This document shows, piece after piece, positions 19,966 to 30,245 of a stretch of DNA of 54,943 bases. The position numbers were made by a program, and so were the translations under genes. This DNA comes from Flavobacteriaceae bacterium. GTDB lineage: Bacteria; Bacteroidota; Bacteroidia; Flavobacteriales; Weeksellaceae. The number at the start of each line of letters is the position of its first letter. The stretch's first letter is position 1. The notes below the pieces were generated by a model. The model had not been told where the DNA came from, did not search any database, and worked only from the letters and a program-made list of their open reading frames with translations. Location: positions 1-54,943 of the forward strand of contig JAISMV010000143.1 in assembly GCA_031276535.1 (NCBI GenBank), written 5' to 3'.

Positions 19966-20481
19966 TTATTCATCAAAATCATTAGGATACCGTTTTTTTA
20001 CTCTTTCCACCGCTTGGAGAACCTTAATTTCATTTATTTTTTGAAATTCCTGCAACCTTTGGGTTATCTCTTCAGAAAATGGAGAGAGAATTCGTGCTGC
20101 CAGCAGGCCTGCATTTTTTGCAGCATTTAAAGCCACCGTTGCCACCGGTATTCCATTAGGCATTTGTAATATGGAGAGAATGGAATCCCAACCGTCAATG
20201 GAGTTGGAAGATTTGATAGGAACGCCTATGACCGGAAGGGAAGTATGAGAAGCCACCATTCCGGGCAGATGTGCGGCGCCTCCGGCGCCGGCAATGATCA
20301 CCTTTATTCCTCTTTTGTAAGCAGATTGGGCGTAATCAGCCATCCGGTTGGGTGTCCGGTGAGCAGAAACTATAGTCAGCTCATACGGTATCTTTAACTC
20401 ATTCAGTATTTCTGCTGCTTGTTCCATAACGGAAAGATCACTATCACTTCCCATAATAATTCCCACTAAAGCTGTACTCAT
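19966..20481 (-). CDS. purE: N5-CAIR mutase
   Basis: [24 protein letters not shown]. Confidence 0.97.
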   Translation of the reverse strand: MSTALVGIIMGSDSDLSVMEQAAEILNELKIPYELTIVSAHRTPNRMADYAQSAYKRGIKVIIAGAGGAAHLPGMVASHTSLPVIGVPIKSSNSIDGWDSILSILQMPNGIPVATVALNAAKNAGLLAARILSPFSEEITQRLQEFQKINEIKVLQAVERVKKRYPNDFDE

Positions 20482-21602
20482 CTTGAAATAACTTTTACGT
20501 TAGACTTTATAAATTGTATTTTTTCTTCTATTTCGGATTTGTATTTTCCCAAAACCGTAACATGCCCCATTTTTCTTCCCGGTTTGGTTATTTTTTTTCC
20601 ATATATATGTATATAAGTTTCAGGTAAAGACACCAGCTTATCCAACCCAATATATTCCGCATTCCCTTCATATCCCGGTTCTCCCACCAGATTTACCATG
20701 GCGGATAACTTACGGGTAGAAACATCACCCAAAGGTAAGTCAACTAAGATACGAAGCATTTGATCATACTGGGAAGATGCATTAGCTTCAATAGTTTGAT
20801 GTCCGCTGTTGTGAACTCTGGGGGCAATCTCATTTATCAGAATGGTTTCATCTTTCAGCAGGAACAGTTCAACACAAAATATTCCGGCTGTTTGAAAAGA
20901 GTCTACGGCTTTTAAACTTATTTCTTTTGCTTTTTCCGCAATTTCAGCTTCTATTTCGGCAGGAGAAAACAGATGATCTACCAGATTAAGACGTTTATCA
21001 AAAACCATTTCCACGACATCAAAAACTTTCATCTCACCGGTTGCATTTTTAGAAACCAATACGGATAATTCTTTTTCTATTATAACCGCTTTCTCAATTA
21101 CAGAAGGTTCATCCCATACATCATCCAGATTTGTCTCATTTTTTATCAACTGTACGCCTTTACCGTCATATCCTCCCACCCTTAATTTCTGTATAAATGG
21201 AAAACTCAAAGAACTATGATTGACTAATTCATTTTTGTTTTTCACCAGATAAAATTCCGCTGTCGGGAGATTGTGTTTGACATAGAATTCTTTCTGTAAA
21301 CCTTTATCTTTTATAATTTCCAGACATTCGGGGGAGGGAATGATTCTTTTTCCCTGTTTTCGAAGTTCCTTAAACGCCTCGACATTAACATTTTCTATCT
21401 CAATGCTGATTACATCTTTGTCTTTTGCGAAATCCATAACAGCTTGATATTCTTTAAAATCTCCTTCCGTGAAATAATCTCTGAATATAGAGCAGGGAGC
21501 TTGATTATCGGGTTCTAAAAAATAAATTTCATAAGGATAATTCATTGCGTTTTGCATAAACATTCGTCCCAATTGACCTCCTCCCAAAATTCCTATTTTC
21601 AT
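20478..21602 (-). CDS. purK: N5-CAIR synthase
   Basis: [35 protein letters not shown]. Confidence 0.96.
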   Translation of the reverse strand: MKIGILGGGQLGRMFMQNAMNYPYEIYFLEPDNQAPCSIFRDYFTEGDFKEYQAVMDFAKDKDVISIEIENVNVEAFKELRKQGKRIIPSPECLEIIKDKGLQKEFYVKHNLPTAEFYLVKNKNELVNHSSLSFPFIQKLRVGGYDGKGVQLIKNETNLDDVWDEPSVIEKAVIIEKELSVLVSKNATGEMKVFDVVEMVFDKRLNLVDHLFSPAEIEAEIAEKAKEISLKAVDSFQTAGIFCVELFLLKDETILINEIAPRVHNSGHQTIEANASSQYDQMLRILVDLPLGDVSTRKLSAMVNLVGEPGYEGNAEYIGLDKLVSLPETYIHIYGKKITKPGRKMGHVTVLGKYKSEIEEKIQFIKSNVKVISR

Positions 21603-21711
21603 CTGATTAATTTAATTTAGAACACAAATATAGGAATATTGATTTTTAATTTGTAGTGTTTACTTATAAATGCAATTTTTAGTATATTTGTATTTCTTAA
21701 AACTTATCAAA

Positions 21712-23331
21712 ATGAGAAACTTACTCCGTATTGTCTGCATATTTTTAGTTACTTTTTCTTTTTCTCAGGAATTAGTTTTAGTAAAGTTCAAAGATAAACC
21801 TTTGGTTTCCCATTATTTTTCCAATCCTACGGAAATGCTCACCCAAAAGGCTCTGGACAGAAGATTGAAATACAATATTCCTTTATCGGACACGGATGTT
21901 CCGGTTCATGGTAATTATATCGATGCCGTCAAAAATTTAAATATTCCCATTATTGTTGTTTCCAAATGGTTTAACGGAGTATTTGTAGAAATTGATGACT
22001 TTCAGAAATCACAGATTCAGGCTCTGGATTGCGTTTTGAAAATAGAGTCTTTGGTGAAAAATTCTGTTGCTCCTAAATTAACAAATCCAGCCCCAAAACC
22101 GGATTTTTCTCATTTAAAAACATCCCTTTCTACCGATATTCAGATTGAGCAGATAGGACTCAACCATTTACATGATTTGAATTATACCGGGAAGAATATT
22201 TCCATTGCCGTTATGGATGCGGGATTTCCCGGGGTTAACACTATCTCTGCTTTCGACCGCATTAGGGCGAATCAACAGATTAAAGGAGGATACAATTTCA
22301 CAGAAAGTAACACTAATATTTATTCAGGAAACGGACATGGAACAAACGTTCTTTCTATCATCGGAGGCTATATTCCCGGTCAGTATACCGGAACAGCCAT
22401 TGATGCGGATTTCTATTTATATGTTACGGAAAAAAACGGTGTGGAAATTCCTCAGGAAGAGGTCTGGTGGATTGCTTCCGCAGAAAAAGCAGACAGTTTG
22501 GGAGTTGACATAATCACCACCTCTCTGGGGTATCATACTTTTGATGATTCTCGTTATAATTATACGATTGACGACATGGATGGTGAAACTGCCTTTATAT
22601 CCAGAGGAGCTCAAATTGCCGCAGAAAAGGGAATTTTTGTGGTGACATCTGCCGGAAATGAAGGAAATTCTTCATGGAAAAAAGTATCTGCTCCGGCGGA
22701 TGCCAAAGACGTTTTTTCTGTCGGAGCGGTAAACAGTAGCGGCTATTCCACTTCTTTTTCATCGTATGGACCCAGTGCCGACGGGAGAATCAAGCCGGAT
22801 GTGAGCGCTTTGGGGCAGGGAACTTTTTTGGTTAATGAGTGGGGGATGGTTTCTTCAGGAAGTGGTACTTCGTACTCTTCTCCCATTATTACCGGGGCTA
22901 TTGCCTGTTTATTACAAGCTTGCCCTGAGGTTCCTCCTTCTGTTTTGAAACAAAAAATAAGAGAATCCGCACATTTATATTCCAATCCCACCAACCAACA
23001 AGGGTACGGTATTCCTGATTTTAGTTCTGTTTTAAAGTCTCTTTTTTTACAGGAGGTAGAAACTCTACAGGAAGAGGCTCCTTTTGTGTACCCTAATCCT
23101 GTAAAAGATGTTTTATTTATAAATATGTTATCTGAAGAAGAGGGAGCTGTAGAGATACAATTTTTCACCTATGACGGAAAGTTGATTTATTTCAAAAAAA
23201 CAATCCTGTCATCAGGAGAAAGTCATATTTCTGTTTTTGTTCCGCATTCTGTGCGGACGCATCATAATCTGATCATGAGATTAAAAACTCCTACCGGAAA
23301 AAGTATTGCCAGAAAGGTGCTATTTTTATAA
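21712..23331 (+). CDS. S8 (subtilisin-like) serine peptidase with T9SS C-terminal sorting domain
   Basis: Catalytic triad motifs DAGF, HGT and GTSYS; signal peptide; C-terminal VYPNPV..RKVLFL. Likely start is ATG 21712, after TATATTTG at 21683-21690. Confidence 0.88.
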   Translation: MRNLLRIVCIFLVTFSFSQELVLVKFKDKPLVSHYFSNPTEMLTQKALDRRLKYNIPLSDTDVPVHGNYIDAVKNLNIPIIVVSKWFNGVFVEIDDFQKSQIQALDCVLKIESLVKNSVAPKLTNPAPKPDFSHLKTSLSTDIQIEQIGLNHLHDLNYTGKNISIAVMDAGFPGVNTISAFDRIRANQQIKGGYNFTESNTNIYSGNGHGTNVLSIIGGYIPGQYTGTAIDADFYLYVTEKNGVEIPQEEVWWIASAEKADSLGVDIITTSLGYHTFDDSRYNYTIDDMDGETAFISRGAQIAAEKGIFVVTSAGNEGNSSWKKVSAPADAKDVFSVGAVNSSGYSTSFSSYGPSADGRIKPDVSALGQGTFLVNEWGMVSSGSGTSYSSPIITGAIACLLQACPEVPPSVLKQKIRESAHLYSNPTNQQGYGIPDFSSVLKSLFLQEVETLQEEAPFVYPNPVKDVLFINMLSEEEGAVEIQFFTYDGKLIYFKKTILSSGESHISVFVPHSVRTHHNLIMRLKTPTGKSIARKVLFL

Positions 23332-23588
23332 GCGGAGAATCGTTTTATACAATTAATCATTCATTTTCATAAACTCTGTTTTTTGTCCCGGGAGATAAAG
23401 TATTTTTACCTCACATGGATCTATTGGTTTTTTGGTGGAACTTAAATCAGTTTTATCAGGTCATAAAATGAAACAGATTATTTACCGTGAATTTAAACAT
23501 ATAGGGTAATTGATTGCTATCAATTCGGACGATAAGGAGGATTTCTTTGGAGGATAACCTTGCAGATAAAACAATTGAGCCTGCATTT

Positions 23589-23634
23589 TTAATCTAAAAG
23601 AATTCCTTGAGACTCTGCCTTGGGGGAGTTCATT
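23589..23634. repeat. Degenerate REP/IS-end-like palindromic element
   Basis: TTAATCTAAAAGAATTCCTTGAGACTCTGCCTTGGGGGAGTTCATT: a GC-rich imperfect hairpin in AT-rich intergenic DNA; single copy in the window. Confidence 0.3.
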
Positions 23635-23735
23635 ACGTAAGAGACGAATATCCGACTTTAGTCCTAACCTGAATTCAGGTGAGAATAGGGCGATTTTGAA
23701 TAGTTTTTCAGACACATATATATTCTGAAGAAAAT

Positions 23736-23770
23736 AAAAAAAACAGACTGTCATCTTTGACAGTCTGTTT
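23736..23770 (-). terminator. Rho-independent terminator of the OmpA gene
   Basis: AAACAGACTGTCA-tctt-TGACAGTCTGTTT 13-bp stem with an A-run on the left. Confidence 0.8.
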
Positions 23771-23803
23771 GTACTATTTTTTTAATTATAACTTTTTTCG
23801 AGA

Positions 23804-25000
23804 TTACTTGGAATCTACCACAGAGATGATAACCACTCGGTTCCACTCATTAACCGGATACGGTTGTACAGTGTCTCCTTTCCATGAAATAGCGATACGA
23901 TCTTTAGAAATTCCATAGTCTGTAATCAATTTATTTTCTAAAGCAATAGCTCTTTTCTTAGATAGGATTTCGTTGTAAGCAGGTGTTCCGGTTCCTTTAT
24001 CTGCAAGTCCTACAATTAGTGCAACTGTATTGCTATTTTCTTTCAACAGTTCTGCAACGTTATAAATAATTGCTTCTTGCTTAGGATCAATAGTGCTGCT
24101 GTTAATTTTAAACAGAACAGGGTATGGAGCATCTTTTATGATAACTTCACTTTTAGCATTTTCCAATTCCTTTTTCAGTAGTTGATTTTCAGCAAAAAGA
24201 CTGTCTATTTGTTTGTACAGTTTTTCTATTTGTTTGTTTAATTCATTCAAAGCATCATCATTATTCTCAACTTTCACGACAACATCCTCTGCTTTGTCGA
24301 AAGTTTGTTTGCCGCCTAAACCGAAAGTAACTCCCAAATTAGCAGAAACTACACCATCCCAGTCTTGCCTATTGAAACTTTTGGTGTAGGATTTGTTCTT
24401 TGTGTCAAAGCGGGCATCGTTCCATTTGGACTGTACTGCCTGACCGGAAACATCTATGAAAATAGCAAAACTTTCACTGATTCTGAAAGAATTCAGCAAC
24501 CCTACTACAGGAACAAAGGATTTGTTTCCTCCAGGGGTAAATCTGGCTGGTGTTCGGTCTGCACCGATACCTACTCCGACATAAGGAATCAGGTTATATA
24601 CCCGATTAGCTTTGTAGCCGGCAACCAAGTTGGAAAAATTTAACAAAGCATCTCCGTGTACGGTAAGATAGTGTCCCGTAGCCATTTTATGACCTGGGTT
24701 ACTTGCTGCTTCGCCTACACTAAAGGTGTGTTTTTGTCCTCCCTGAAAAGTCAGACGTCCACCAACAAGAGGGGTAAACCATTTCCCAACGCTTACGGTT
24801 GCTCCCCATGTTTGCCTGTCTAGAAAGTCAGCCTGATCGCGTTGCTTATCTCCCCAGTAAAAGGAAGCTCCTCCACCCAAGCTGGCAAACCAGTTAGCCC
24901 ATAATCCGTTTGTTTTATATCTCTCTTTAGGAGCATTCTCTTGAGAGGATAGGGAAAGAGACGCTAATGCTAAAGAAAAAACCAATACTATTTTTTTCAT
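23804..25000 (-). CDS. OmpA-family outer membrane protein
   Basis: Signal peptide, N-terminal beta-barrel (GKWFTP, YNLIPYVGVG), coiled linker, C-terminal peptidoglycan-binding domain (GLADKGTG..NEILSKKRA, NRVV). Confidence 0.88.
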   Translation of the reverse strand: MKKIVLVFSLALASLSLSSQENAPKERYKTNGLWANWFASLGGGASFYWGDKQRDQADFLDRQTWGATVSVGKWFTPLVGGRLTFQGGQKHTFSVGEAASNPGHKMATGHYLTVHGDALLNFSNLVAGYKANRVYNLIPYVGVGIGADRTPARFTPGGNKSFVPVVGLLNSFRISESFAIFIDVSGQAVQSKWNDARFDTKNKSYTKSFNRQDWDGVVSANLGVTFGLGGKQTFDKAEDVVVKVENNDDALNELNKQIEKLYKQIDSLFAENQLLKKELENAKSEVIIKDAPYPVLFKINSSTIDPKQEAIIYNVAELLKENSNTVALIVGLADKGTGTPAYNEILSKKRAIALENKLITDYGISKDRIAISWKGDTVQPYPVNEWNRVVIISVVDSK

Positions 25001-25025
25001 ATACGATTAAATAAAAATGTAAAGG

Positions 25026-25058
25026 CAAATATAGTAGAAATATTAAATAAAAACAAAT
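25026..25058 (-). promoter_or_regulatory. Bacteroidota promoter for the OmpA gene
   Basis: TTTG (25055-25058) - 21 nt - TATATTTG (25026-25033) on the minus strand. Confidence 0.65.
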
Positions 25059-25784
25059 TTTTATGTTAGAATTTATTGGTTGTTGATTATGGGGGTATTA
25101 ATTTAGTATAGATAGCTCCTTTTTTTAGTAATTAAGTATAGGTAATTGTATATGGTATGTCTAAATAATTTTTTTTCTATTGTAGCATTCGTGAGTTTTA
25201 TATGTTTTATTAATAAGCAACAAGTTCTCGTTTAAAAGAACTGATTTTTCCCCGAAATTTTCACATTGTTTGTCTTATTTGGTGTTTTTAATAAAAAACC
25301 GAAGAATTTTTTCTGATAATCCTTGCTTTATAGGAAGTTTTGGTGAAAGAATTTCGGAAAAGAATAAAATTTCTCCTGCTTTGTTATTTATGGTTAGTAT
25401 AGTGCTTATTTTCATATTAGAATATTTCCTTTATGTGCATGTTTATAACAATATAATTTTTAAACAAGATATATTTTTATTTCCCTTCTTTTAAATAAGA
25501 TATTTCTAAATAATTTATATTTTTTTAGTAAATATATAAAGTAAAACTATATTTAGTTACTAATAAAAAGGTTTTTGTGTATTCTTGTAATTTTCCTCAA
25601 ATGCTCATTAACTATTTGTATTAAAGTGTAATAATCATAAAAATGTTTGTATGAAACAATAATAACCTATAATTTATAGGTATAAAGCCTGTGAAATAAT
25701 AATTAGAGTTCCGAGTGACAAAAAATAATTATCAAAGCTGTTTTTTGCCGACGATTCCAACAAATATCGGAAGAAAATACAGCA

Positions 25785-27305
25785 TTATTTCTTTTTTCTT
25801 AGCCCGAAATTTTTGATTTTTTCTTTAAAAACGGCAACATCTTCATGTTCCAGTTTCAGAATAGAATAGAAGAAAATGAAGAATAGAGAGTTTCCTACAA
25901 TAGTGCGAATCAGTAAATTAGTGCTGCAATAGTATGAAATCAAACTCAGCAGAGAGCTTCCGCCTATGTAGAAAACAAGTTTTCGGTAGTTGTATGGAAT
26001 AGGATATTTTTTTTGTCCCCAAAAATAAGAAACCAGCATCATAACCAGATAAGAGAGGAGTGTGGCAAAAGCACAAGCCCAATAACCCAAATCGGTATAT
26101 TTTAAACCGATATAATTAAAAGCAATGGTTATTAATGCTCCGATCCCTGAAATAATAGCCCCATAATGAGTATTGTCCGAAAGTTTATACCAAACCGACA
26201 GATTCAGGTATATTCCCAAAAAGGTAGATCCGATCAAGAGAACAGGTACTACGGCAAATCCGCTCCAGTACTCCGGATTTCGGATATAAATGCGTCCTAT
26301 CCACTCCAGATTTGCCACTAAGAACAGCAGGATGATCGCACTGAAAATGGCATAATATTTCATGAGGACAGCATAGGTTTTTCCTGAATTTTTTTCTTCG
26401 GCGTGTGAAAAAAAGAAAGGTTCCACTCCTAACAGGTATGCAGTTTTAAACAAGGTGATAAAGGTGACGATTTTGTAGACAGCACTGTAAATTCCCATTT
26501 GAACTTCGGCTATGCCCTCAGGAAGGAGATATTTAATAAACTGCCTGTCCATCGTTTCGTTGACAATTCCCGCCAGTCCCGCAATAGTAATCGGCCAGGC
26601 ATAGGTTAACATTTTTTCCCAGATGGAGGGGTCAAAAGTGTATTTTCCTTTAAGCATGGTGGGAATGAGAGCTAGAAAGGTTAATATGCTGGCTATCAGA
26701 TTTGCGGCAAAGGCATATCCGATTCCGTAATCGAAATTATAGATTTTATGAAACAGGGAGGCTCCTATACCCTGAGTTTCAATTTGTTTAGGAATCCAAA
26801 AAATCAATGCAAGAGTAAGGGCAAACGTGACTGCCGAATTCAGGATCTTCAGAGAAGCGAAGTGAATAGCTTTGTTTTGAATCCTCAGTTTGGCAAAAGG
26901 TACGGCAGACATTGCATCTGCGGCTAAAATAAATAAGAACCAGATTAGGAAATTAACCTCATCAGGATGTTTAAAAGCAGCAGCCAGAAATTGTCTGCCC
27001 ATAATCCCGAAAAACAGGAATAATAGGGAAACAATGAAGACGGACGTCAAGGAAGTGAAGTAAACAGCATTTTGTTTGGTTTCATCGTCTTTATATTTCT
27101 GAAAAAAACGGAAAAATGTAGTTTCCATTCCATGAGTAAGTAAAACGGAAATAATTCCTGCTGCGGAGTAAAAGTCTGCGTAGGTGGAATATTTCGCAGG
27201 ACCAAATGCTTTTACCAACATGGGAGTTAATACAAAAGGAAACACCCTGACTAAAACATTACTTAGTCCGTAAATTAAGGTTTGGCTGAATAATTTTTTG
27301 TACAA
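25785..27305 (-). CDS. Polysaccharide/oligosaccharide flippase (Wzx/MOP family)
   Basis: QTLIYGLS, GMETTFFRF, many transmembrane segments. Confidence 0.82.
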   Translation of the reverse strand: MYKKLFSQTLIYGLSNVLVRVFPFVLTPMLVKAFGPAKYSTYADFYSAAGIISVLLTHGMETTFFRFFQKYKDDETKQNAVYFTSLTSVFIVSLLFLFFGIMGRQFLAAAFKHPDEVNFLIWFLFILAADAMSAVPFAKLRIQNKAIHFASLKILNSAVTFALTLALIFWIPKQIETQGIGASLFHKIYNFDYGIGYAFAANLIASILTFLALIPTMLKGKYTFDPSIWEKMLTYAWPITIAGLAGIVNETMDRQFIKYLLPEGIAEVQMGIYSAVYKIVTFITLFKTAYLLGVEPFFFSHAEEKNSGKTYAVLMKYYAIFSAIILLFLVANLEWIGRIYIRNPEYWSGFAVVPVLLIGSTFLGIYLNLSVWYKLSDNTHYGAIISGIGALITIAFNYIGLKYTDLGYWACAFATLLSYLVMMLVSYFWGQKKYPIPYNYRKLVFYIGGSSLLSLISYYCSTNLLIRTIVGNSLFFIFFYSILKLEHEDVAVFKEKIKNFGLRKKK

Positions 27306-27428
27306 TTAACTCTGTTTAAAATGATGAATTATACTTCTCGTCTCTGAAAAAAAAACAACGATAGATATTTGTTAAATTATTGACAAATTTAATAAATTTG
27401 ATTAGGTTTGTATCAAATCATCGAAAAA

Positions 27429-28430
27429 ATGGAAAATGTGAAAAAACACAAGGTAGGTGTCGTTGGGAGTGGTAGTTGGGCAACGGCAATTGTGAAAATT
27501 CTTTGTGAAAATTTGGAAAAAGTAAACTGGTGGGTAAGGAGTGAATACGTAAAAGGATACATCCAGTATGAAAAACATAATCCGAAATATCTTACGGGTA
27601 TTAAATTTCATACGGAGAAACTTAATATAACGGCCGATATAAATGAACTGATGAGAAATTCGGAGTATGTTATTTTAGCGGCTCCTTCAATATATCTTCA
27701 GGATGCTTTGTCTCATCTCACAGAGGACATTACGGATAAAATAATTTTTTCTTCCATAAAAGGGATCATACCGGAGGTAAAAGATGTAGCCAGCGTTTAC
27801 CTGAGACAGGAATTTAACGTAAAGGAAAAAAACATAGGAATAATTACAGGACCCTGCCATGCGGAGGAAATCGCTTTGGAAAGGTTGTCATACCTGACAG
27901 TAGCGACAGTTGACGAAGAAAAAGCGAAAAATATGTCGGCGTGGTTAAACTCCAGGTATATAAAAACAACCTTGTCCGATGATGTTTTCGGAACAGAATA
28001 TGCGGCAGTAGTAAAGAATATTTTTGCTGTTTCCTGCGGTATTGCTCACGGATTAAGATATGGAGATAATTTTCAGGCGGTTCTGTTATCTAATTCCATT
28101 CGTGAGATGGAAAGTTTTTTAGACGTGGTTCATCCCATACGGAGGAATATCAATAATTCGGCATATCTGGGGGATCTGCTGGTAACCGGATGTTCGTTTT
28201 TCAGCAGGAACCGTATGCTGGGAAATATGATAGGAAAAGGATATACCGTACATTCTGCCATGTTGGAGATGAATATGGTGGCAGAAGGGTATTATGCGGC
28301 AAAAAGTATCTGGGAAATAGCCAGATCAAAAAATATTAAAATGCCTATAGCCAAAGCGGTTTATGAAATATTGTACGAAGAGAAGAATCCGGAAAAAGTA
28401 TTCCGGATATTGTGTAATGAGTTAAACTAA
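27429..28430 (+). CDS. gpsA: NAD(P)H-dependent glycerol-3-phosphate dehydrogenase
   Basis: GSGSWATA, GPCHAEE, KNIFA, GDLLVTG..SRN, VAEGYY. Confidence 0.93.
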   Translation: MENVKKHKVGVVGSGSWATAIVKILCENLEKVNWWVRSEYVKGYIQYEKHNPKYLTGIKFHTEKLNITADINELMRNSEYVILAAPSIYLQDALSHLTEDITDKIIFSSIKGIIPEVKDVASVYLRQEFNVKEKNIGIITGPCHAEEIALERLSYLTVATVDEEKAKNMSAWLNSRYIKTTLSDDVFGTEYAAVVKNIFAVSCGIAHGLRYGDNFQAVLLSNSIREMESFLDVVHPIRRNINNSAYLGDLLVTGCSFFSRNRMLGNMIGKGYTVHSAMLEMNMVAEGYYAAKSIWEIARSKNIKMPIAKAVYEILYEEKNPEKVFRILCNELN

Positions 28431-28441
28431 AAAATTTCAGA

Positions 28442-28987
28442 ATGAAAAAAATATATTTCCTTCATGGATATCAATCTTCAGGGAAAAAATTTTTGTGTTT
28501 AGAGAATTTTTATAAGAACTCAGAATATCTTCCCATATACTGGAATTGGGATGAACACATGAATATTCCGGAATTTTTAGAAGAAAAGAAAAAAATATTG
28601 AGAGAAAATACCGGAGAAAAAATTTTGATGGCAGATAGCATGGGGGCAAATCTGGCGTGGGGCTTGGTAAATGAATTTCCGGATTTGCATTATGTGATGA
28701 CGAATCCTGTTTTTTCTCCCGATCAGATCAAAGACCAGAGCAGGATACTTCCGGAAATGCGGTCTAAAATATTTTCGGCAACCGCAGCAATTATTAAAAA
28801 TAAAAATATACGATTGATCATATCAAAGTATGACGAAGTTCTGAATCCTGAATATTATAAGGAAATATTCGGAGATTCCTTTCAAGTGCTGGAATTGGAA
28901 GATGAACATAAAATTATAAATATGAAAGAACACATGCCTTTGATTCATCAGTTGATAGTAGATGCTTTTGAAAAATCAAAAGGCTGA
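28442..28987 (+). CDS. YqiA/YcfP-like alpha/beta hydrolase
   Basis: FLHGYQSS, nucleophile elbow DSMGA, NP, DEVL, C-terminal His. Confidence 0.7.
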   Translation: MKKIYFLHGYQSSGKKFLCLENFYKNSEYLPIYWNWDEHMNIPEFLEEKKKILRENTGEKILMADSMGANLAWGLVNEFPDLHYVMTNPVFSPDQIKDQSRILPEMRSKIFSATAAIIKNKNIRLIISKYDEVLNPEYYKEIFGDSFQVLELEDEHKIINMKEHMPLIHQLIVDAFEKSKG

Positions 28988-28988
28988 A

Positions 28989-29972
28989 TTATAAATTAAA
29001 TTCGGCATTAATAAAGAAAAACTGCTCGGAATCGCCTCTGTCATAGTTGAAATTTCTGAAATTGGGAGCTATTTTTATTTGTTTAACAGGTTGGAATTCA
29101 ATCCCAAACATAAGCAATTGTCCATCAAGTTTGTTCCAGGGAGAGGTATAGGAAGGAGGATTGGAAGAATCTGTACGGTCATAACGGGCAAATGCTTTCC
29201 ATTTGGGAGCAATCCTTACAGATGAGTACAAAGAATAGCCATAAAAATCTTTTCCGTCTATAAAATCCCGGTTAAACTGATGATTGTATTCAGCTCCTGC
29301 TGAAATCTTTTCGGATTGATACCCAGCAAATAAAGATAAATCGGACTGATCATTTCGCTTGATGCTTAAAGTATCTATGGACTTATTATAGTAGTCTGCA
29401 TATACCCGTAAAATGGTGTTTTTAATGGGTTTAAGGCTGATGCCTGCACCGTATCTCAGATTATTGTCAGACTTTACTTCCTTATATCCCTCTCCATTGG
29501 TCAAACTGAAATCGACGGATATTATCGGGCTGATCTCATATTCTGCCGTAAATCCCAGATCTACGCTGGAAGCAAAGCTGTTTAAGTCCTGAAATGATTT
29601 TAATATATATCGGTGTGTCCAATAATCTTCCTGCAAACTAAATTGTAATAAGCCTGTAAGTCCGACATTAATGTTAAATCCTGCATCTTTCCAGTTGATG
29701 TACGCGTTTCGGATATAGGGTTCCAGCTTGCCGGAAGAACTTTTGCCCGAAGCTCCGTCAACGATTACCCGCCCTTGCAAAGTGGGAGAAAATTTATAAT
29801 TATACCCCAAAAAAGCACGGGTAATATCGAACCCGTTTTTATCAGTAAAATTAGTGTTGTAATCCAGAAATCCCCGTGCGATGATCTTCCCATTCGGAAT
29901 TTCCTGAGAATAGACAAGATTAATGGTTGAAATAAATAAAAGAAGGGAAAGAATAAATTGTTGTTTCTTCAT
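28989..29972 (-). CDS. Outer membrane porin (phosphate-selective porin-like)
   Basis: Signal peptide, FDITRAFLGY, amphipathic beta-strands, aromatic C-terminus (AEFNL). Confidence 0.65.
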   Translation of the reverse strand: MKKQQFILSLLLFISTINLVYSQEIPNGKIIARGFLDYNTNFTDKNGFDITRAFLGYNYKFSPTLQGRVIVDGASGKSSSGKLEPYIRNAYINWKDAGFNINVGLTGLLQFSLQEDYWTHRYILKSFQDLNSFASSVDLGFTAEYEISPIISVDFSLTNGEGYKEVKSDNNLRYGAGISLKPIKNTILRVYADYYNKSIDTLSIKRNDQSDLSLFAGYQSEKISAGAEYNHQFNRDFIDGKDFYGYSLYSSVRIAPKWKAFARYDRTDSSNPPSYTSPWNKLDGQLLMFGIEFQPVKQIKIAPNFRNFNYDRGDSEQFFFINAEFNL

Positions 29973-30022
29973 TGTTTCTTCATTTTTAATAGGTACTAAT
30001 TGTTTTTTTAGTTAGAACACGA

Positions 30023-30108
30023 CAAAGCTAAAAAAAAATCAGAAATGGCTTTGATTTTTAAGATTAAGTTTTGATTAAGAAACACTTATAAGGTTAATAA
30101 TCAGTTAA
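30023..30108 (-). promoter_or_regulatory. Porin promoter with 11-bp-spaced TTAA(C/T)N direct repeats
   Basis: TAGCTTTG at 30023-30030; minus-strand boxes TTAATC/TTAATC (30062, 30073) and TTAACC/TTAACT (30092, 30103). Confidence 0.45.
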
Positions 30109-30245
30109 TTGTTGAATTATTAATGAAAAATAGTAAATTTTTTATATTTTGTTGCAATAAAGAAATTATAAGTAACTTTATTCAAGATTATAAAAAGGGA
30201 ATAAATAGTTTTTTTAGGTCTTTTTTAAGTTAAAACAAAGAATTA

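Noticed and set aside
23482-23754. 90-aa minus-strand ORF
   Set aside because: Begins inside the OmpA terminator hairpin; no recognisable domain.
25270-25494. 74-aa TTG-start hydrophobic ORF
   Set aside because: F/I/L/K-rich composition is expected from AT-rich non-coding DNA; no recognisable motif.
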